Shown one piece after another: positions 1 to 11,420 of a stretch of DNA of 37,143 nt. Position 1 is the first letter of the stretch. Each line of letters begins with the position of its first letter. The DNA is from Octopus sinensis (taxonomy: Eukaryota), in NCBI RefSeq assembly GCF_006345805.1, contig NW_021836803.1, positions 1-37,143 on the forward strand. The letters are read 5' to 3'. The notes under the pieces are model-generated. The model did not search any database and was not told the origin of the DNA. It saw only the letters and a program-made list of their open reading frames with translations. Both the position numbers and the translations under genes were made by a program.

Positions 1-221
1 TCGGTTGGGGTAAAAATGTAACATGAAACAGTAAGTAGACTAGGTTAAAAAATTATGTACACAGAAAAAATAACGTCAATTCACCGACAGAAAGGTAAGT
101 AACCGGCATCAGTATATAAGATATTCCATCTTTTGAACCGAATATTTTCTAACACCTTATATATATACATTTCGTTTTGCCTGTCGGCATGTTTGGTCCA
201 TTGCTGGATGTAAAAAATATA

Positions 222-456
222 TATTTCTTTACTACCCACAAGGGGCTAAACACAGAGGGGACAAACAAGGACAGACAAACGGATTAAGTCGATTACATCG
301 ACCCCATTGCGTAACTGGTACTTAATTTATCGACCCAGAAAGGATGAAAGGCAAAGTCGACCGCGGCGGAATTTGAACTCAGAACGTAATGGCAGACGAA
401 ATACCGCAAAGCATTTCGCCCGGCGTGCTAACGTTTCTACCAGCTTGCCCCCATTA
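222..456 (-). mobile_element. tRNA-derived SINE, family A (about 235 bp)
   Basis: Near-identical to copies at 1024, 1917, 5341, 8076 and 10345. The sense strand has an A-box-like TGGYAGAAACG and a B-box-like GAGTTCAAATTCC, and a tail ending TAAAGAAATA. Confidence 0.9.
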
Positions 457-1023
457 AAGAATATAATTAAATGTTAGCATTTCAGAATAAACGATACTTA
501 AGGATTATTATGCCCTTACTGTTCAATTTGAGATCAGTGATCATCGATTAGGAAGATAATTAAACCAGCCCAATTATGATCATCGTATCTCTTGTTTGAA
601 TGTGGTTTATCGTCTAAGATATCGTATCTAATCTATCCCATATTTAAAAGATATTGTACTATGATTAAATGGATGTGTGCCTTTTTTTCTAGTAAGCGGA
701 TCGACTGTCCACAGTGTCTTCTTCACTGGTTCACATATTGTGTAATTGTTTCATTAACATATGTGCGTGCGTGTGTGTGCGTGCGTATGTGTGTGTGTGC
801 GTGCGTGTGTGTTAATTAAAAATATATCTCTAAGAAATTCTCTTCGATCGATCAGCTATCGAAAAGTTAATTCAGAAGAATTTCTTAACTTTTGTGTTGT
901 TAAAATAACCACCCACTGACAGAAAAGAAAATCTAAAACAAATACATTTTCTAAAATAATTTGGTAGTTTTCCGGTCAAGAGGAAAAGAAAAAATGAAGT
1001 TTTATAGAATGAAGTGTAATATA

Positions 1024-1257
1024 TATTTCTTTACTACCCATAAAGGGCTAAACACAGAGGGGACAAACAAGGACAGACAAACGGATTAAGTCGATTACAT
1101 CGACCCCAGTGCGTAACTGGTACTTAATTTATCGATCCCGAAAGGATGAAAGGCAAAGTCGACCTCGGCGGAATTTGAACCCAGAACGTAACGGCAGACG
1201 AAATACGGCTACGCATTTCGCCCAACGTGCTAAAGTTTCTGCCAGCTCGCCGCCTTA
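1024..1257 (-). mobile_element. tRNA-derived SINE, family A, full length
   Basis: Colinear with the other family A copies from the head TAAGGCGGCGAGCTGGCAG to the tail TAAAGAAATA. Confidence 0.92.
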
Positions 1258-1319
1258 TGTGCTATGTAATATAGACCAACACTTGTTCTAATATGAACTT
1301 TTACTCCTTGACCTCTGTC

Positions 1320-1633
1320 AGGTGCAGGAGTGGCTGTGTGGTAAGTAGCTTGCTTACCAACCACATGGTTCCGGGTTCAATCTCACTGCGTGGCACCTTG
1401 TGCAAGTGTCTTCTACCATATCCTCGGACCGACCAAAGCCTTGTGAGTGGATTTGGTAGACGGAAACTAAAAGAAGTCCGTCATATATATGTATATATTA
1501 TATATATGTGTGTGTTTGTGTGTCTGTGTTTGTCCTACTAACATCGCTTGATAACCGATGCTGGTGTGTTTACGTCCCCGTCACTTAGCGGTTCGGCAAA
1601 AGAAACGGATAGAATAAATACTAGACTTACAAA
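1320..1633 (+). mobile_element. tRNA-derived SINE, family B (CORE-like middle, internal TA/TG microsatellite), 3'-truncated
   Basis: Matches copies at 9329, 24245 and 32800. Head GGYGCAGGAGTGGCTGTGTGGTAAG, B-box GGTTCAATC, then CCTTGKGCAAGTGTCTT, which resembles the CORE-SINE motif. Confidence 0.88.
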
Positions 1634-1916
1634 AAAATATTTATATAGGTGAATTAGGGGTTGTTGGGGGCTTAAATATTTTCTGACACTAAGGAGGAGG
1701 AGGAGGAGGATTGGTTACTATGTTGAGGATGCGGAAGCATCAGTATTGATGATACCTTGCATTCGCAGTGACACTGAAATTTCATTTTGCAACCTGTTCA
1801 TGTCTAATGTTAGAACTATATTTTTTTATTAATATGTTGTGCTTACGTTATTGTACAGTGAAAGAAGTCGAAAATGGTATGATCCATATTGAAGATGGTA
1901 TCACGGTATCTGGATT

Positions 1917-2150
1917 TAAGGCGGCGAGCTGGCAGAATCGTTAGCACGCCGGGCGAAATGCTAAACAGTATTTCGTCTGTCGTTACGTTCTGAGTTCAAA
2001 TTCCGCCGAGGTCGACTTTGCCTTTCATCCTTTCGGGGTCAATTAAATAAGTACCAGTTACGCACTGGGGTCGATATAATCGTCTTAATCCGTTTGTCTG
2101 TCCTTGTTTGTCCTCTCTGGGTTTAGCCCCGTGTGGGTAGTAAAGAAATA
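1917..2150 (+). mobile_element. tRNA-derived SINE, family A, with decayed TSD
   Basis: Full-length copy flanked by GGTATCACGGTATCTGGATTTAA and GGTTTCACAGTATCTGGTTTTAA (3 mismatches in 23 nt). Confidence 0.92.
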
Positions 2151-3002
2151 GGTTTCACAGTATCTGGTTTTAACATCGGTACGGTTTTAAGCGAGGTGTC
2201 AAAGTCCCTTCTGGGCTGCATATGTGTGATACTTAGGGATGGAATATTAGGGACGAGTTTAGGCTGGTAAATACTTTGTAAATATCAGCATTTTTAGAGT
2301 GGTTGGCATGGAGGTTCCTAATATATAAGCGGAATATTGCTGAGGACCAAAGAGCACTTCATTGATAAATCATTGGCATGAGAGAACTAAGGATGTGCAG
2401 TATTGTAACGAGATTCAGCTTTCAGAAAGGGCTGGAACTAAAAAAATATCGTTTCCACCAAATATAATTCACTTGTAAAATACAGAGGAGTAAGTCTCTA
2501 GTAAATTCAGTTTCACGAAAGGAAAATGTTTCTGCTGGAGTTTCAATGTTTCAATCAAGTCACCTCTTCCATAGATTTATTTCTGAAATGCATATATCCA
2601 AGGCTAAATATATATGAGGATGCTGTAGTCGATTAAATATTTTTTCCAGAGATCGACTACTAAATAATTTTTACCGACCACTTAAGGATAAACGGCACAG
2701 TATCTAAATACCAAAATATATAGTGTACGTATCTCTAACACTACTACCAACTATACGTCTGGTATGATCTATGTGTGAACTTTTAAAAAAGGTTAACGGT
2801 CATCTGAAATTAGCCGGGTGTGTAGTGACGATTGAATTAAGCTCACTGGAAATTTATTATTTATATTATCAACCAACGGAAGTGTGAGAGGACAATTGAT
2901 CTCGCTGAGATTTGAACTCAATACTCAGACAAGATACCGCATGGGATTTTCGTTTTACACTTTAAAGATTTTAACAATATACCACATTACAGCCTTTGCA
3001 AA

Positions 3003-3004
<2 letters not shown>

Positions 3005-3040
<36 letters not shown>

Positions 3041-3043
3041 TAA

Positions 3044-3096
<53 letters not shown>

Positions 3097-3120
3097 CATA
3101 CATACTTACACACATACATA
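3005..3120. repeat. compound microsatellite (TA)n-(GATA)n
   Basis: Visible directly in the sequence. Confidence 0.95.
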
Positions 3121-3919
3121 CAGTCATGTATGTACATACATTTACATTTATTTTTGTATGTCTACGCGTATACGTGTACAAATACCAGAAGATTTAACCA
3201 AAGCTGCGTGATGCATAGATGAATGATGCACTACGAGTATTAATTGTCTGTGTGCGTGTGTGCGAGCTGTGTATGTGTGCGTATGTGTGTGTGTGTCTGT
3301 GTGTGTGCGTGTGTGTGTGTGTTGTGTGTGTGTGTAAACGTCTACACACGCATATGATATGATATTACTAGGTAAAGATGTTAAGAAGGTGATGAGGCAC
3401 ATATATTACAACTCCCTAATGTATAACCTACAAATTTTTTGTTTCATAATTACCAAATTAGGGGCAAGTATTTGGGGCAAGTGGCAGTCATCATGAGCAG
3501 ATACTTAACGCTATTTAATTTCATCTGCAGGGAATAAAGGGCCGGGTTGGGGGATCCAGGTAAAAAAATACTTTGCTCTATATATTACATTCCTTTAATT
3601 TCTGAATTCAAGTAGTCCTCGGTTTCATTTTTGCCTCCCGTGATTTCATAAATTAATTACCTGCCAGAAATATAATTTTTCAAAGTTTAGTTATGGAACT
3701 GTTAATTCTGAGGGTAGCGTATTTAGTCGATGCCAGCAATCCACTTATCTGAATGGTATTTTAAGTTATCGACCCGGGATGGATGAATCACAGAGCATAC
3801 CTCAGTAGGATTCGAAAGGGGGTTATATGTTTGAGCAATTAAATACAAGACATTTTCATGACGTTCTTACGATTCTGCTAAGCTGCTGAATTACCTTACA
3901 GTGATATATAATTCTTTGT

Positions 3920-4137
3920 TACTTCAGCATAAAGCCAGCGATTTTGAGGAAAGGGGATAAGTCAAGAAAAATCACCTCCATTACTTGATTGGTACTTATT
4001 TTATTAACCTCCTACCGAAGGAATGAAAGACAAGTGATAATCTCGCAAGAATTTGAATACGGAACGTAACGGGCGAAACGAAAAACCGCAACAACATTTC
4101 GTCCAACGTGTTAACGATTCTGCCAGCTAACAGCCTT
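3920..4137 (-). mobile_element. diverged SINE, family A' (family A head/body with a different tail)
   Basis: Body segments TGGTACTTATTTTAT, GAATTTGAA and AACGATTCTGCCAGCT align to family A. The tail corresponds to AAAATTGCTGGCCTTGTGCC on the sense strand. Confidence 0.7.
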
Positions 4138-4233
4138 CTAGCAGTAATATAATGAGGGCAAAAAATGGCTGCTGCCTCCGTAAATAAATAGTAATTTGTT
4201 TCCATCAGTTTTGGAACTGAAATCACTCATTAC

Positions 4234-4444
4234 CAGACTCTTTCATCTCTCCGGTTCCTATAATCAATATGAATGTTGCAGTTATATCGATTATTGTAAT
4301 TTGAATCGAATATGTCGCTTCCTTCATAAATATATAGTCTTATCCCATTACAAAAAAACAAATCGATATACAATTTAAAGTCTCCTACTTCTAAGTTCAA
4401 CGCTTGTTGACGTGGATTTGTTATTAATCGATTAAAGCATGTAC
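4234..4444 (-). CDS. candidate internal exon (211 nt, phase 1 to phase 2) encoding a CUB-domain-like segment
   Basis: Acceptor ...cattatattacAG| and donor |GTaatg bound an open frame in non-repetitive DNA. Translation: (G)TCFNRLITNPRQQALNLEVGDFKLYIDLFFCNGIRLYIYEGSDIFDSNYNNRYNCNIHIDYRNRRDERV. The pattern C..LxL..DFxL..C..LxIYEG..C resembles the CUB consensus. No partner exons were identified. Confidence 0.55.
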
Positions 4445-4734
4445 CTGTAATATAATGAAGATTTCTGCCTATTAATTGATCAAATTCAAATTTCTCCCGA
4501 CATTTCATTTGAGCCAGTAAATTTGATAAAAATCTCAAGAGAGCTGAAGAGCAGGTCTCCAGAAAATATAAGAGCATATATAATAATATAACATAATATA
4601 ATATGATATAATATAGTATAATATAATATAATATATATTTATATGTATATATACCTACTATATGCGTGTGTGGTGTTTGTATGTGTGTGTGGGGGGGGAG
4701 GTGTACATATATGTATACGTACACGTATATGACT

Positions 4735-4880
4735 AGGTTTGCACGCTGGATGAATGCATACGGTATTTCGTCCGTGTTTGTGTTCTTCACCAAGGCCAAC
4801 TTGGCCTTTCACCCTTTCACCTTCTATAAGATAAGTACCAGTTAAGCACTGGGGTTAAGGTAATCGACTTAACTACTTCC
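4735..4880 (+). mobile_element. highly diverged SINE A/A' fragment
   Basis: GGTATTTCGTCCG, TTGGCCTTTCACCCTTTC and ATAAGTACCAGTTAAGCACTGGGG...TAATCGACTT match the family A body. Confidence 0.65.
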
Positions 4881-5340
4881 GAATAAGAGTTACAAGAAAC
4901 TGTAACTCTCTACCAAGCCATTTCGCGACAATGTGGCCGGGTAGGTACATCAAATCAGTATGATTTCAGCGGAGAACATGCTGAAGCCTTCGTCCTGCAG
5001 TGGACCGAACACAGGCAATCCAATGTGTGTGTGTGTGTGTGTCTGTGTGTGTGTCTGTGTCTCTGTGTGCGTCTGTGTATGTGTGTGTGGGCATGCATGT
5101 ATTACATATGCATACACACACCTAATGACATAATTATGAGAAATGTAGCACATGATGTTGAACAAAAGGAAATTGTTAACTATCTATATAGCGTTCCTTT
5201 TCATGCCCCTATTTTAATCAAAGGAAGTTGTAATCACCACCACCACCACAACCACCATAACCATCATCATCATCATCATCATCGTCATCATCATCAGCAT
5301 CATCAGCATCATCATCAATATTGTTGTTTGTTGTTGTTGT

Positions 5341-5735
5341 TAAAGCGGCGAAACGGAGGAAACGTTAGCGTGCTGGTCGAAATGCTTAGCGTTATTTCGT
5401 CTGCCGTTACGTTCTGAGTTCAAATTCCGCCGTGGTCGACTTTGCATTTCATCCTTTCGGGGTCGATAAATTAAGTACCAGTTACGCACTCGGGTCAATA
5501 CAATCGACTTAACTGTTAGTCTGTCCTTGTTTGTCTTTGTGTTTAGCCCCTTGTGGGTAGTAAAGAAATAGGTATTTCGTCTGCCGTTACGTTCTGATTT
5601 CAAATTCTGCCGAGGTCGACTTTGCCTTTCACCCATTTGGCGTCGATAAATTAAGTACCAGTTAAACACTGGGGTCGATGTAATCGACTAGTATCCTCCC
5701 CATAATGTTGAGGCCTCATGCTTTCAGTAGAAAGG
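5341..5735 (+). mobile_element. tandem SINE: full family A copy (5341-5570) directly followed by a headless A' copy (5571-5735)
   Basis: The A tail TAAAGAAATA abuts GGTATTTCGTCTGCCGTTACGTTCTG. The second unit ends in a different tail (AGGCCTCATGCTTTCAGTAGAAAGG) that runs into (AGT)n. Confidence 0.85.
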
Positions 5736-5804
5736 AGTAGTAGTAGTAGTAGCAGTAGCAGAAGTAGCAGCAGCAGCTGTAGTAGTAGTAGTAGTAGTAG
5801 TAGT

Positions 5805-6190
5805 CAGAGCGCTGGTTTGGCAGAATCGTTCAATGATCTGCAGTATTTGCTCTGCCTTTTTACGGCCACATCTCGTCGAGGTCTACTTCGTTTTTCATCC
5901 TTTCGGGTTGGATAAAACAATCCTTTACCCTCAAAATTGCTGGCAATTTTTCTAAATCAGAAGAGTTTTGTCATAAAGTGTTCAGCTGGCAAAAATCGTT
6001 TATGCACCTCGCAAAATAGTTAGTGGCATGTGTTCCAGTTTATTTTCTTTTTTCTATTTTTGGAGTTCAAATTTCAGTGAGTTCAATTTTGCTTTTTAAG
6101 GTCGATAAAATAAAGTACCATTCAAGCAATCGACTAGCCTCCACCTTCTATAAAGAATGTTGCCAATGTGCCAAAACTTGAAGCAACTAT
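5805..6190 (+). mobile_element. two old, degenerate A'-type SINE remnants (about 5805-5960 and 5980-6190)
   Basis: Residual TGGCAGAATCGTT, TTTCATCCTTTCGGG, CAAAATTGCTGGC, GGTCGATAAAATAAAGTACCA and ATGTGCCAAAACTTGAA motifs. Confidence 0.55.
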
Positions 6191-6251
6191 AATATTTATT
6201 ATTTACATTATTTATATTTGACGGATGTTTGTCCTCATCTTCTTTGTTATT

Positions 6252-6297
6252 AACACAACGTTTCCGCTGATATACCCTCCATCCTTCTTCGGGTGTC
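6252..6297 (-). ncRNA. degenerate minimal type-I hammerhead ribozyme motif
   Basis: GACAC-CCGAAGA-A-GGATG[GAGGGTATAT]CAGCG-GAA-ACGT-T-GTGTT. Stem I GACAC/GTGTT pairs. The core is one substitution from CUGANGA. Stem II has 2 mismatches. GAAA is intact, stem III is a loopless palindrome ACGT, and the cleavage triplet would be GUU. Confidence 0.55.
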
Positions 6298-6344
6298 TTG
6301 GGGAAATTTCGAACCTGGGTTCTCATTCCTAAGGTATCCTTCGA

Positions 6345-6346
<2 letters not shown>

Positions 6347-6420
<74 letters not shown>

Positions 6421-6436
6421 GTTGTTGTTATTATTA

Positions 6437-6500
<64 letters not shown>

Positions 6501-6622
6501 TATTATTAGTTTTCTTCTTCTTCTTCTTCTTCTTCTTCTTTTTATTATTATTATTATTATATTATTATTATTATTATTATATTATTATTATTATTATTAT
6601 TATTATTGTTGTTGTTGTTGTT
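6347..6622. repeat. (TTA)n with (TTG)n and (TTC)n blocks
   Basis: Visible directly; it produces the poly-L/I/Y pseudo-ORFs in the track. Confidence 0.95.
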
Positions 6623-7377
6623 CAAGTCACTGCTTGGAATCGAAATCGGAATCTTGGGGTTAGTAGCCCGCGCTCTTAACCACTACGACATAATAGAACT
6701 ATTATGCTTATCTTTTATTATATTTCAGATTTCACCTTGGGAATGATATATTTTAAAGAATTTAGTTTGTGTTTCTTTTGTTGACCTTGTCAATAATTTT
6801 CATACAAGTTCCAACGCACGTGAAATACTGCGCACGCATTCCATCACAAGCGTGTATGCGCGTGTGCGCGAGAAAGAGGACGAAAGAGAGTGAATAAAGG
6901 TAAAAGTGAGAGTAACTAAATAAGAGGGAGAATGATACTGAATAAGATAAAGAGAGAGAAAGAAAGAAAGGGCAAGAGAAAGAAAGAAAAAGAAAGAAAG
7001 GAAGAGAGAGACTGCAATTCTGTATGTTTTGAAGGATATAGAGTGTATAAGTGTCTATTCCTGATGCATTCTACAGATGGATAAAGATGAAAAAAGATGG
7101 ATAATTAAAAATATTAATGAATCGGCAACAAGTAGAGATGTAACGTAGAAGACTGTATAAGTTAGTGTGTGCGCTGCGAAGAGTCTGTATGCGGAGAGGA
7201 GCAAAAAATTGTGTTGTTTTGTATAGGATGCGTTTGTGTATTAAATGTGTATCTCTGAATATTTAATATTTTGTGCGTGGAAGTGAGTGAGAGGTTCGCA
7301 TGTATGCCTATGTGAATTTAGGTTTGTATATGGATGGTTATGGTCCTGAGCAAATGTTACTAAGCATACGTATAGGC

Positions 7378-7415
<38 letters not shown>

Positions 7416-8075
7416 TATATATGTGTGTGTATGTGTGTGTAAATTTATATATGTATATGTTGGTGTCCATGTATGTTTAGATATATACACATATATTTGT
7501 ATGTGTTTATATATATATGTATGTATGTATGTAATGTATGTATGTATGTATATATGTATGTATGTATGTATGTATGTGCATTTGAATACATTCGCACATG
7601 CATCAGAAACGCACACATCACACACACATATTTATGCATGCATACACACATGGATACGAGCACACATCCATATATACACACATACATACTAACGCATTTG
7701 CCTTAATGTATGTGTATGTATACGTGTATACAAATACACGCACAGAAGTGAGAGAGAGAGAGAGAGAGTGTGTGTGTATGTGAGAGAGAGAGAGTGAGAG
7801 AGAGAGAGAGAGTGATAGGGAGAATGTGTGAATTAGCTAGCGAGTAGAAGGTGAGAAAAAAAGAGAAAAGATCTACAGAATGAAAATGAGAGTTATTAGA
7901 TATATAGTTGGTATGCAACGAATGAATCTGTATATAGGTCTATGTGAATGTTACCTGTGCGTTTATAGGTGTGCATTAGTGTAAGGGAAAGTGTGTAAAT
8001 ATGTATTTGTATGCGTATGCTGAGGAACGTATAACTTCGCAATACGCCAATAACTTCGCAATACGTGTAAATCTC

Positions 8076-8314
8076 GGCGGCGAGCTGGCAGAAACGTTAG
8101 CACGCCGGGCGAAATGCGTAGCCGTATTTCGTCTGCGTTACGTTCTGAGTTCAAATTCCGCTGAGGTCGACTTTGCCTTTCATCATTTCGGGGTCGATTA
8201 AATAAGTACCAGTTACGCACGTGGGGTCGATATAATCGACTTAATCCCCTTATGTGTCCTTGTTTGTCTCCTCTATGTTTAGCCCCCTGTGGGCAATAAA
8301 GAAATAAAGAAATA
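8076..8314 (+). mobile_element. young family A SINE with a perfect 16-bp TSD
   Basis: AATACGTGTAAATCTC at 8060-8075 and 8315-8330. The tail has a duplicated TAAAGAAA. Confidence 0.95.
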
Positions 8315-8566
8315 AATACGTGTAAATCTCTATACATATGTATGCATTTGTATATGCATATTTCATATCAGATGTATATATATATATATATATATGCGTG
8401 TGTATGTTTGTGGGTGTGCGTGTGCTTGTGTGTCTGTGTGTGTGTATATATATATGTAGGTATGTATGTATTTATGTGCATGTATGTATGTATATACATG
8501 CATGTGTATATATGTATATCTATATGAGTGTATGTATGTTTACATCTATCTATCTATATATATATA

Positions 8567-8623
<57 letters not shown>

Positions 8624-9252
8624 CTATATGTGTGTGCTAACAGTAGCGTTTACGTTGATATATGTGTAAAAGTGTGTAAATGCTTGTATATATACGATTT
8701 TATGTGTTTGTACATTAACATTTTTGCGTATGTTCATTAAAAAATTGTTGAATGCGTGTTTATGTTAGCGTAGATATTTCTAAGAGACAGTGTATGTGTG
8801 TATATATGCATGAGTATATGGATTGTTTTATGTGTGTACGAAAAAGAAATAGAAAGTCAGAGGAAGAAATATGACTAGTGAGAGAGAAAAATCGTACGTA
8901 AATGAAATGGTAGACGAGCCTAGAAATAAATGGAGGGAGAAATAGTCGAGGAGATGTATATATATAAAGAGAAAAACAATAAGAGAGACGTGATTAGGGT
9001 AGAAACAAATATGAAGCATAGGAGGAGTGAAAAGGAAGGAGTAGAAGTATGAGGAGGAATATAAGAAGTGTGGGGAGAAGAGGAATGGGGGAAGGTAACG
9101 GTATAATGATAATGGTTTAACTAATGATCTGTTAGATGCGGTATGTAACGTGAATATGTGTATGGGTATGGTTGAGTATATATATGTGTGGGTATATTTG
9201 TGTTTATGTAGCTGTACGTTTTCTTGCATTCAATGTGTGTTGTTTGTTTATA

Positions 9253-9328
<76 letters not shown>

Positions 9329-9331
<3 letters not shown>

Positions 9332-9729
9332 GCAGGAGTGGCTGTGTGGTAAGTAGCTTGCTAACCAGCCACATGGTTCCGGCTTCAGTCCCACTGCGTG
9401 GCATCTTGGGCGTCTTCTGCTATAGCCCCGGGCCGACCAACGCCTTGTGAGTTGATTTTGTAGACGGAAACTGAAAGAAGCCTGTCGTATATATGTATAT
9501 ATGTATGTATGTGTGTGTGTCTGTGTTTGTCCCCCTAGCATTGCTTGACAACCGATGCTGGTGTGTTACGTCCCCGTTACTTAGCGGGTCGGCAAAAGAG
9601 ACCGATAGAATAAGTACTAGGCTTACAAAGAATAAGTCCCGGGGTCGATTTTCTCGACTAAAGGCGGTGCTCCAGCATGGCCGCAGCCAAATGACTGAAA
9701 CAAGTAAAAGAGTAAAAGAGTAAAGAGAG
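9329..9729 (+). mobile_element. family B SINE, full length
   Basis: Complete from GGCGCAGGAGTGG to the (GTAAAAGA)n-type tail; inserted at the end of a (TA)n tract. Confidence 0.92.
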
Positions 9730-10344
9730 TATATGCGTACATTGGTTTGCCTGGGTGTGTATATGCTTGCGTTTATGGTTGTTTATGGATACGTATGTGC
9801 GTAGAGTGTCTGGATTCTGGTGTGTTTATATTGGCATATGGGTTTGTTTGCATGTTTGTGTCTGTGTACGTTTGTGTACGTTTGTGTATGTTTGAATGTT
9901 TTACATTATGTTTATTAGAGCAAGCATCATTCAGATCTTAAGAAGTTCGCTAGATAATTATGAGTTTACGGCGCTGATCCCGCTGCAATGGCATCTTCGG
10001 ATGATGGCTCGTGTTAAGCCTTGTGAGCGTATAAGAGTGTATGAGAAATCTTTAAAAAATCTATTGGATTGACTTTACATGTAATTCAAAGATACGGTCT
10101 TGACACACATCGTGTTACGCTGTTTCACTGTGTGCAATACTTCAACCAGAAGCAACCAACTTCATGAGAAACTGAAGCGGCAATTCAAATGTCCAACTTC
10201 CTCCCATGCTGTACCATGTGGATTCTACCTGAGAAATACCTTAAGAAAACATAAACTTGTGGAATACTCACTCGATAGAGCTAGCATTATGTCAACGTAC
10301 GTAAAAATGTGTGTACATGTATATACATGTGGGTGTGTATATAT

Positions 10345-10550
10345 ATTTCTTTACTACCCACAAGGGGCTAAACATAGAGAGGACAAACAAGGACAGACAA
10401 TCGGATTAAGTCGATTACATCGACCCCAGTGCGAAAGGATGAAAGGCAAAGTCGACTTCGGCGGGATTTGAACTCAAAACGTAACGACAGACGAAATACC
10501 GCTAAATATTTTGCCCGGCGTGCTAACGACTCTGCCAGCTCGCCGCCTTA
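10345..10550 (-). mobile_element. family A SINE with a 27-nt internal deletion and a perfect 16-bp TSD
   Basis: GTGGGTGTGTATATAT at 10329-10344 and 10551-10566. It lacks the TAACTGGTACTTAATTTATCGAYCCCG segment present in the 1024 copy. Confidence 0.92.
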
Positions 10551-11420
10551 GTGGGTGTGTATATATGTATGTACAGATGTATGTATATGTGTGTGTGTGT
10601 GTACAGGTGTATTCATGTATGTATGTATGCATGTAAGTATATATGTATATATCCATGCCTGAATGTGTGTGTGTATGAATCTATTGACACATATTTGTGA
10701 ATGTGTATTTGTGGAGTGAGTATGATATTATCAGTAGTACTACTGTTATTAGTGATGTTTGTGGTTGTGGACGATGACGGTAGTCGTTTAGCACCAGATC
10801 AACTCTGAAGAAGCAGACAGATAGCCAAACGCATTTTAGTCATAACCATTTCTTCCTAATCCAGACATTATTTTATCTTGGGATACATTACCAACATGAC
10901 CTTTATGATGTAGACGATCGATTACTATTTGACAAAGATTTAGCAACAATTTCAAATTTCACTAATGGCTACGTTGAGGATCTTTATGTCGGCTGTGACG
11001 GCAATGGCGGAGATAATCATTATAATAATTTTGATGGTGGTAATTGTAATGATGATGATGATGATGTTAATTATGACATTTGCTATTGTAATGATCATAA
11101 TGAGAGAGGTTTTCATAATTTTGGAGATGGTGATGGTGTCGGTAGCTCTTGTTCTTCTACTTCCAATCAAGAATCACGTCATTAGCCACAAAGAATAATC
11201 TCTAATTCGAGCCTACTCTAATCTACAAAGAATGCGTGCGGCAACTTGAAGATCCACCCACCACACGCGAAAGCTACGTTGTTATCCTCATTCCGTAAAC
11301 GGTGGCTTTTAACGGGTGGAGAGCTGAACCATCCTGGGGTACAGAGGATTTGCAATCTAGACTATGGTCTGAATGTTTACCACACCATAGTGGGTTACAC
11401 CATGGTTCCTCTGCTTTGTG

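Larger units (their letters stand above)
6197..6691 (-). mobile_element. tRNA-headed SINE-like element with an internal (AAT)n expansion and a hammerhead-like 3' module
   Basis: Sense strand order: head TGTCGTAGTGGTTAAGAGCGCGGGCTACTAACCCCAAGATTCCGATTTCGATTCC (A/B boxes, tRNA-Arg-like) at 6623-6691; microsatellite 6347-6622; second B-box-like GGTTCGAAA; hammerhead-like motif; tail ...TAAATAATGTAAATAAT. Confidence 0.7.

Noticed and set aside
831-887. Small inverted repeat TAAGAAATTCT...AGAATTTCTTA with an inner TTCGAT/ATCGAA
   Set aside because: Too short in AT-rich DNA to distinguish from chance.
4340-4415. LEVG....YIDL.F resembles the bacterial DUF1016/YhcG nuclease motif
   Set aside because: The match is short, spacing to the downstream E-x-K is wrong, and the CUB-like pattern with splice sites explains the segment better.
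6623-6691. Possible genuine tRNA gene
   Set aside because: Acceptor and anticodon stems do not pair properly and it runs into a repeat body; it is a SINE head.
8031-8065. ATAACTTCG resembles a loxP arm
   Set aside because: Only 9 nt match and the copies are direct rather than inverted; it is a local micro-duplication.
10190-10250. CPTSSHAVPCGFYLRNTLR vaguely resembles the mariner/Tc1 WPPxSPDLNPCDFxLW motif
   Set aside because: Catalytic residues are not conserved, and no TIRs or other transposase motifs were recognised.
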